Shown here piece by piece: positions 41,676 through 51,400 of a stretch of DNA of 64,000 nt. The position numbers and the translations under genes were made by a program. This stretch comes from Chrysomallon squamiferum (taxonomy: Eukaryota; Animalia; Mollusca), in the NCBI GenBank assembly GCA_012295275.1, contig CM022670.1, positions 21,080,001-21,144,000 on the forward strand. The letters run 5' to 3'. The notes beneath the pieces are model-generated. The model was not told the origin of the DNA. It made no database searches and was given only the letters and a program-made list of their open reading frames with translations. Within the stretch, counting starts at the first letter, position 1. Each line of letters opens with the position of its first letter.

Positions 41676-44600
41676 GAAACACTTCTTTTATGCCCATCCA
41701 ACAATCAAAGAAGGGAGATAACTGCATAACGATCCATTAAAAGTCATAATCAGATTAAACAAATTTTAACATAAGGGAAACAACTCCATGAATCCTCACT
41801 TTCAGTGTAACAAATTCTAAGTATGCTTAATTTTCTTCTAAAGCGCTGAAAGTAATGCCTGAAATAAACGTGGATGTCAGGTGCCACGAAATCTGACATA
41901 CATATTTGATATTATCCAATTAGTCTGCTGTATTCAGCATCAGAGAGTAACATTTATTACATTTGTAACATGTTCCGACACTCCCTTTCCCTGTTAATAA
42001 GAACACAGAAGTATGTACAAAACTGACCCGTAACAGTTAAAGGTTATTTAATATACTACCTTGTCATGTTGCTATCATGTTTCTTGCCTTCTGATTAATA
42101 TTTCCTGTATCTGATTATAAATGTACACATTTGGTTGGCAAATAAGAAAATATTCATTTTCTCTTGCGATATTGCGTACTTGCTTTTGATGTTTTTATTT
42201 GTTTTGTTTTTAAATTTTAGAGGTTTTTGGATGTCCGTTTTCTGCATACTAATATTTATTTATTGTTCATTAATTTTTCTACAGTGACAGAACCGTTATT
42301 TTTAAAGCTACTATTTTTCTATAAATGTACAAATAAACCAGTTAAGAGGAAATACGTATTATGGCCAGTGTAAATAATTGTATTTAAAAAAAAAATTAAT
42401 TAATAATAACATCTGCTTAGTTAATATTTATATTTTAAAATGGTATATATGGTTTTGGATGCCATTTAATAATGCCATATAGTATGTGTGCAAGAAAGAA
42501 AAAAAATTGTTTAAAATATGTCTGTATTTATTTATTTATTTATCAACTATGACTGATAATCCTCTTATTTTGTTTAGATAATGCAAATTAATTAAAAAGA
42601 AAATAATATAATTAAGAAACTCCAACTAATAATAGTGTTTTAAACATACAGTGAAACTTCTCAAAATGTTTAGCAGTGTCAGGCCCAAATCAAATGTTTG
42701 TTGTGAATGGCTGTTCAGATTAATGAGGTTTTAGATAAAGGTACTTGGTAAGTTGTGTTATTTCAAAAGTAAAATTGGAATCAAAACCAAAAATATAGAT
42801 AAAAAACAGCAATGAAGAAAAAATTACAAATAATGTGGATGTAATCAGAATGGACCTTTTCGCTAAGCATTTAATCAATGTGTTTTGTACTGTCGTGACA
42901 GCAAATTTTTCGGTTATGCAGAAACAAAATATTCTATAAATCAGTATGCTATTTAAATGGAATTGACAGTAAAGAGAGTCATCATTACAAGTTGCCCCTA
43001 TCTATGTCATTTTTGCATGTAACAATTAAGAACCACATTTCTCTTGATTTCCTTTCTGTTTTGCAGTGACATTGGTTATCTTTATTGTTTATATTATACA
43101 GTAAGTTATGTCTGGATTTCAATGAATACTGACAATGGGTCAGAGTATAATTAATTACATTAGGTGTCTTACAGTGATGGCAGTGTACCTGCACCACCAA
43201 AGAGAAAAAGAAAGAAAACAAAGTGATGCCTACCTCCATGGTGGTGGCCTGCAGTTCTTGACTGTATGCTAACTTTCTGGCAAGCCGAGTCTGTGAGGCT
43301 TCGCAGATCTGTGCAATGAGACTGCCCATGCCGTCCCCGCTGTGTGCCGATGTTGGCACCATGGAGATGTACTCATCAGGATCTTTGTTGTCCCAGAACA
43401 GGCAAACATTTATTCCCTACAACACCAAAACAAGATGGTTAATTTTTGTTTGAGGTTCCGGTATACATTTGTGTCTGCAATGTATTGTTAAAATCTGTTG
43501 ATATACAAAAAACATCACTGCAAAGACTGTGTAGATTACTCTATTTCAGAGCTTTAATAATGAACAAGAGTAAACCTTCTGCTAATACTCATACATCTTC
43601 CTAGAGACTGGAAAATAAAACCTTTAATAAGCTGGTTATTAACTGTAGTTGAAATGGGAAGGAGCTCACTGAAAGTATCTTGGATCAGAGCTCTGTCACT
43701 AAACAACAACCTGCTTCCAACATGTAGGATCTTTATGATTGTCTTTGCATAGAATCTAGCATTGAGTACCATTAGTGGGGCTCAGCTGTAATGGGAAATA
43801 GCCTAATGGCTACATCAAAAAGGACTGATCCTATCCATGGCTTACTTACCTGTTCTGCCATCTGAAGAACAACCTGATTCATCATCTCATCAAACTGCAG
43901 CCTCGTTGTCTGAGGCTGTTTCTTCACTGTCATCTGGATGTCAATATTTGGCATCGGCTTCCACTGGTACAGTCTGTCAACCTGTTTGAATATTGTGAGT
44001 ATTTCTTGAACAGATAAATATATTTTGTACAACACCATGCCTACACATGCCTAGGGATTTCTGTGTTTGTTGAGTTACATACAGTAAACATGTATAAAAA
44101 AAAAGTATGTTAATATTAATTTTAGGCTTAAAAAAAGATGCAATGGCTTCTTTTCTTTTTTTTGCTTTGGGCAGTTTTATAGTTTTGTTTACTTGTAAAT
44201 GAGAGTGAGAAAATTATATTAAAAAAACATCTCTTGCAAAATATGAATTACCTTGTTTAAAGCTATGACAAAAGGAGTTTTTCTGTCTTGTAACAGTTTT
44301 ATAGATTCGAGAGTCTGAGGTTCCAATCCATGCATGAGATCGATAACCAGAATGGCAATATCACAGAGAGAAGACCCGCGAGATCGCAGATTACTGAAAC
44401 AAATGAACAGGTTCAGTCCATGTTCATCCAACAAAAAAACAAAAAAAACAAAAAAATAATAATAATAAAAAGATTTACAATTTCAATCCCCTTAGACTGC
44501 TGTAACTTTGTGACTTTATCCATTATGGATGGAAATATGAAAAGCCAATGATATTTTCCAGTGGATTAATGTTTAGGAAGTACTGCACTCCTATGTTTGG

Positions 44601-45456
44601 ATTTCCAAACCTAAATGTAAAATATGTATGGGTGCTTTAGACATTCATTTATTAGCAAGCTATGGAACCCATTAGTATCACTGTAATGGGAAGTGGCTGA
44701 GGATTTCAAATTTGTCATTTTCATATAGAAGTGTATTAAACTTGACTTAGGCATGCACAAAATTACAGCAGATGTACAACCATTTGAGGGTATGTTAGAT
44801 TAAATTCAAGGGGTGAATAAATAAATATATATGTATATGTATATACTGATGTGGTTACTTATGCACATACCTACATTATTTGTAGTTTTGTTTGTATTTG
44901 TATGTAACTGCATTGAATATATCAATGAAAAATTTAGGTAAGAACAACAAGATTATAAAAAAAAAAGGATATTATTTAGACTGAAAGAAATGAAAGATAA
45001 AAATTACCTGAAAGACTCATGGCCAGGTGTATCAATGATTAAAAGACCAGGTAATTTCAGTTCATGTTTGAGAAACTGAAAAATAACAATAACAATAAAT
45101 AACAATTAATTAATTTTTAGGACCAACATTAAAATAAAAAAATTTTTATAACACCTCAATTAAATACCAAATTCTTAGATAATAATTTTCTTTTTTTTGT
45201 ACTGTAAAGTGAGAGTAAATCAAACTGGTTATTTTTAGCAACAAGATATACAGAAAAAGATGGATCACATGATTACCAAATGCTTATTGGCAGAACTAAT
45301 AAATTTGTTAGTAAATATCTACCATGTTATTTATTTAGCTACAGTCAATGTTTAAACTTACATTTAACTCCAACATAGTACTGAAAAATATTCAGTAATC
45401 AGTTAAATGTGGGATGATGATAAAATCAAGGAGACAACTAAGAAATAATACTAAGA

Positions 45457-45490
<34 letters not shown>

Positions 45491-48400
45491 TAAAAACAAA
45501 AACCTATAGAGCCACCATGACCACAACAACAGTAACAACATCATCAAAATTTAATTAAAATAATCCACCTCTTTACACATTTTTGTCTGTTCCAGTATGG
45601 CTTCTCGGGGTACGTTTGTAGCACCAATCTGTTGAGTAATTCCCCCTGCCTCGCCATCCTGTACGTGTGTCCGTCTCAACTGAAACACAACGTTATTTTA
45701 TTTATTAAAAAAAAAGAAGAAAAAAAAAACAAAAAAAAAACACAGGTTAAATATGTAGCTGTAATTTCAAGATTATTTTAATATGAATGCAAATCTAAAT
45801 TATAAAAAAGGCTCATTTGATCTTAAGTGAAGTTAAAAAAAAATAAAAATAAAAAAATAATAAAATATAGTTGTTTTATTTATTTTTTTTTCAAATGAAA
45901 AGAAAAACTATTTTATCCCAAAAATAGCATTTATATAATGTTTGGTTCATTCAGGTGATATATCACCAGTCAATAATAATAAAGACAAAAAAGTCAGTCT
46001 ACCTTTATCTACATATTTAACATGTTTATATAAATGGACAATTACTGATAATACGTACATTCAAACACATCCTTGCTTACAAGACAGACAATTACACAAC
46101 AAACTTTGTTAAGCAATTGTAAGGAGCCAATTAATAAGAAAATATAACCTTATCTAAATGTTCAAAGACGAATGAGTGAATGAGAGCACATGCAGCTTTC
46201 TGGTATCAGACTGTGACAGCAATATAAATAATTAACAGACTGTAAAAAAAAAATTACCTTGTCTAAAATTTTAGTTTTTCCAGTGTCCACGTGACCCAAC
46301 ACGCAGACTACCGGAGCCCTGAGTACATCTGTGGTCTTGTTTTTCTCACAATGTTCATGTCTTTTCTAAAATGTTTTTAAACATTTGCCTTATAATTACA
46401 TGATCAATTTTCAAACAGTATCGTAGTATACAGATCTAAAAATATTAGCATACAAATAATCATTTAAAAATAATCATTTATCATAAATAAAAAGTGTTGA
46501 ATATTTTTCAGTACATTGCATTTACATTAGTTTTGAATTCTGTTATTAGAATAGTGTTTGTTTATTTCAATATAGCCAAATCAAAATATTTACCTCAAAA
46601 ATAGTGAAATTACACGTTTAAACTGAATAATAATGGAAAAATAAAAACAAAAAATATGTTGTAAGCAACATTTTACCATAACCATCTCCCTGCCTCTTTC
46701 AATAGGAGACCTTTCATCATCTGTCTCCTCCTCACTGCTTTCTGTTTCTTCTTCTGATTCTTCTGTCTCCTCCATCTCTTCTTCATCTGATTCATCTTCT
46801 TCTTCTTCTTCATCATCTTCATCAGCTTTTACTATCACCTCCACTGAAACAGAGAGAGAACGATACTGTAATCAACCTCTTGTCTACTATGGTGAGTATC
46901 ACCCAATAAAATTTAAACTGAGGCATCATAATGATAAATGAAAATATGGTAGTGTATTTTGGAGATTCTATAATTTAACACTATAAACAAAAAGAAAATC
47001 ATTACTGTTTAAGCCATGGCTGAAAGTACTCATTAGCCTAATAAAATATTGTTATAATTCTTGAATTTAACAAGCATGAGTCAGAGGAAAAAGAATATGG
47101 TTTAAATTAACTATATTACTGTATGCATCCAGATGATAATGAAAAAACAAAATGGAAATATTTAAAATATTTTTAGCTGTTTGTACACACTATTTTTTTT
47201 TTTACAATACAAAGGTTAAAAACTATAGTAAACATACCTGATTTTGGCTTAGGCTTTTCTTTTGTTTCAATTTCATCATCTGAAGCATCCCACGTATCTG
47301 CCACATCTTCCTCAGCATCCCAGCTGTCCTTGACCTCCACACTGACAGTCCTAGCTGTGTCGGTGTCAGTAGTGGGGGATTCGGGAGTGGTGTCAGGTGT
47401 CTGCGTTGCTGGTTCTGGAGTTGTTAATTTCTGCATCTTTTCCTCAGTTGGAGAAGGAGTTGTCTCAGTCTCCTGAACTGAAGTTATAAATTTAAATTTC
47501 AAGATAATGTTAGCAGAATATTTTCCCTCCTATTTATCTTAAATAAACCTGCAAATATTGTAGTCACGGCTATATGTCTTTTATGTTTAATATTTCGTAC
47601 GTTCTAATTGATTATAAAAGCACATATTAATTTCAAGTTATGGCTTGAAAGAGTAATAATTACAAGAAACACAACTAAGGTTGAATCCTGAGACCAGTTT
47701 CTCCTCTAACATGATAGCAGAATAATGTACATAATCACCTTTAGGTATTTGTTTTTTCTTCTTCTTGTCAAAGTACACAGGTTTCTTCTTAGGAACATCA
47801 TCCCGAGAAGGAATTTCCACACCTGCAACAGAGAAGAAATATTAACAGTCTGGATTATTATTCATTATTCATGTATTTATCACACACAAATACATGTGTG
47901 TATATACACACAAAGATAACATCAAATGAAACAAATTACTGCAGAGTATGACAAATTTTGGTTCTATTTTAAAATTTCATTTTCTGTCATTTGTGTAAAC
48001 TTTGTTATTGATTATTTGCATGAAAGTCAAAAACATGTATTCTGTGTAAATATTAAAGATTCATTTTAGCTACCTTGCTCCTTCATTGCCTGTAACATCT
48101 GATTCAGTCTCTGCTGATCCTTTTTTTGTTTATCTGTGAGAAGCTTTCCTTCTGCTTTTAGTCTTTCTTTTCTTGCCTTTTCCTTCTCCTTCCTTCTTTC
48201 TTTCTTCTCTTTTTCCAGTTTCCTCTGAAATTATTTGGTATAAAATCAAATTTAATTCTTATGTAGGAAGATTACAAGTTAACAACAAAAGTACCAGCTG
48301 TAACACTGTATCATAATTACTTTGTAATCATTATGTGTGACCAGAAAAAACGTTGTCTTCTCAAAACTAGAGAATATATTTTGTGCTAATGAGACATTTA

Positions 48401-51400
48401 TTTCTCTTATTATGTTTTTACCTCCTCTTCTATTTTTCTCTGCATTTCTTCCTGTAATCTCATCTTCGCCTCCTCCTCTCTCTGCAGCTTCTCCTCTTCC
48501 TCTTTCATCATCTGCAAGTGAGCCTTGATTGCAGCTAGATGTTTCTTTGGTTTTGCTTTCTCTTCTTTCTCTCCTTTCTTCTTCTTCTTCTTCGATTTCC
48601 CTTCTTCTTCTGCTTCTTCTTCACCTGATTGTGAAATTAGAAATCAAATCAGTAAGAGTTACAAAATATTAGCAAAATATTTCTGACAATAGGAAACTTT
48701 ATTCCTTTATTTCTGTGCATTGTTTTTCAAAACACTCTGCATAATTTGAGCACTTTCTTTCCCAAACATAAATAGGTTACTTTAGACAATTCAGTTCTGA
48801 CAACAAGCTTTAGATACATATTTTTTATTAATGGGATATATATATATATATAATGACTTGGACCATGCACTTCCCCCCACACATAATTCACAAAAGCTGG
48901 TGATGTCAGTGGTAAATTTTTCATAAATATTAGTAATATTGTATTTAAAATTAAATATTATCTGTTAATAAGTGTAAACTGTGAACCAGATGGGACAATG
49001 GACATGTTATACATTCAACAGTTCAATATATCCACATGGACTGCAAGCTCAGATTAACATTCTCAGTGCTTGGTTAGTATTATTTGTACACAAAAGCTAC
49101 ATGTGATATTCAACAACTGTTATTATTTAAAAGACTCTTCAATAAATTAAAACACAAACCTTCTTTTGCCTCAGCTTTGACTTCTCCTTCATTTTCTGCT
49201 TTTTCGTCATTGTCCTGATCCCCTTCTTTCTTCTTCTTCTTCTGTTTTTCCTGAAAATTATCATTACTTCCATTTTTAATTAGTTAAAAACATAATATAG
49301 GTTTCACAGAGATAAATCAGGATTTTAACTCTTTTTTTTTTAAATATATACATTTCTACATAAACTCCTACATGAAAAATGCATCCTGCTTGACAATTTT
49401 ATTTTTTTTAATCAAAAAAAAAATTCTCTGCATATATGATGGGAATATTTGTTCTCACAATTACACACACACACACACACACAGCAACTTCTGAATGTAT
49501 AACAAATAATAAAAAGCATATAAAACTTTACTTGCATAAAAATTATTTTAAAAAATATAATTAAAAGAAATTCCTCATTTCTACTGGAGAATTAAAAATT
49601 TCTAACCTGGAGTTTTTTCAGTTTTTCTCTTTCTTTCTTCTCCTTCTTTTTCTGAGCCTGTGTTTTGACAGTACCTCCTTCCTCCTCTACTTCTCCTTCA
49701 CCCCCTCCTGCCTCCACATCCTTTTGTTCCTTAGCTTCTGTATCCTCCTCTGCAACCTTCTTTGCTTTCTTCTTCTTCTTTTTCTTTGTGTCTTCCTCTT
49801 CTTCAAGATCTTCCATTGTTACTACTTTGGGTTCAGCAGGCTATAAAGTTTTAGTTTGAAATATTAAATGGTTTAATATTCGCACAGAGGTAAATACATG
49901 AAAAAGTTAAAAAGATATGTTTATTATTTAAAACATAGAGAATATGGCTGTGCAAAAACAGGTGCAACAGTTACCAATGAAAAAAAAAAAAAAAATTAAA
50001 CTATGTAAGTCAACTGATACTTTAATTTATATTTTAACACAAAAATCCAAGACACTTCTCAACTAACAAACCCTAATAAATGACAAAATGATATCAACAT
50101 TAATTTTGTTCCTTTTTTAAGCGAACAGGTTCTAATTTTCATTTGACATGATATACCAGAGGTCATACACACCCACCTCCTGCTGCACCTCAGTTTCCAT
50201 AGCAATGGAATCAGTTTCATCTTCTGTCTTTTTTCCTTTCTTTTTCTTCTTAGGTTTTTCTGTTGGTTTTTCCAGCTGAGCCAAAATGGCATCAATGTCT
50301 TCCTCTTCTGTCGTTTTCTTCTTCTCTTTGTTTTTCTTTTCTTTCTTTTGAGATTTTGACACAACTGGTGCAGCAGGCACTGTGTTGAGCACAACATCCC
50401 CACCAGCATCATCATCTTTGTCATCAGAATCATGTCCCTTTAAAACAAATACCAAAAATAATTGTTTTAAATATCCATGCTGCAATATTTGGGTTCACAG
50501 TGTTGAATAATAAGAGAGATAAAACAAAATAAATGATAAAAATAAAACCCATCCATAAAAAAAAAATAACAACAACAAGTGTACTTGTGTGTGTATATAT
50601 GTAAAAATGAAAAAGATATGAATAATTTTTTTTTTTTTTTTAAACCCAAAATGGTACCCACACAATTTTCCATCATAATTTTACAGGTAACATTGTTCAA
50701 CTCAGAATTTGTAAATTAAGCTAGAAAGAAAAAAGAAAGAAAAGCAGATTTGGTCTGAGACAAAAATATATTTCTCTGTTAAAGATGGAACACAACCTCC
50801 ATGATAATCCACAATTATCTGATATAATTTAATACCTCTTCTTCATCATCATCCATCATCAACATCTGGAAGGAAGGGACAGGCTTCTTTGATTTTTTAT
50901 TTTTCTCTGGAACAATGACAACATCATCTTCATCCACTTCATCCTCCTCGTCACTTTCTACTTTCTTCTTTTTTTCTTTTCCTGAATATAAAATGAATTC
51001 TTATTCTGGTTTTACTATAATAAAAAATAAATGAACCACTACATTATCCCTTAAAAAATATTAAAACAATGCGCAAATTTTTAACTGACACTCAGCACAA
51101 AACTATGTTGGATACTAGTTATATATATATATATAAATGATAATTAAAAAATGTGTTTATAATTTAATACACAGAGTACATGATTGTGCAAAAATAGGCA
51201 TTAGTGTTACCAATGCAAAATAAACACCTTTTTCTTAACTGGCTTGGCCTCTTGGATGTCCTCTTCATTTTCATTGGTCAAATCAGACTTTCCTTCAAGA
51301 GCTAAACCGGCAATTTCTTGTGCCACATCCTCCTCCCTGATGGTGTCAAATAAATTTATGTAACAGTAACATTGGAAATAAAAAACATTTTTTCAGAATT

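Noticed and set aside
41695-42030. AGGGAGATAACT / AGGGAAACAACT motifs reminiscent of a molluscan repeat
   Set aside because: No boundaries or second copy in the window; the resemblance is from memory only.
42647-42737. TACAGTGAAAC... pogo/Tigger-like MITE end
   Set aside because: The matching right TIR is too degraded to support a call.
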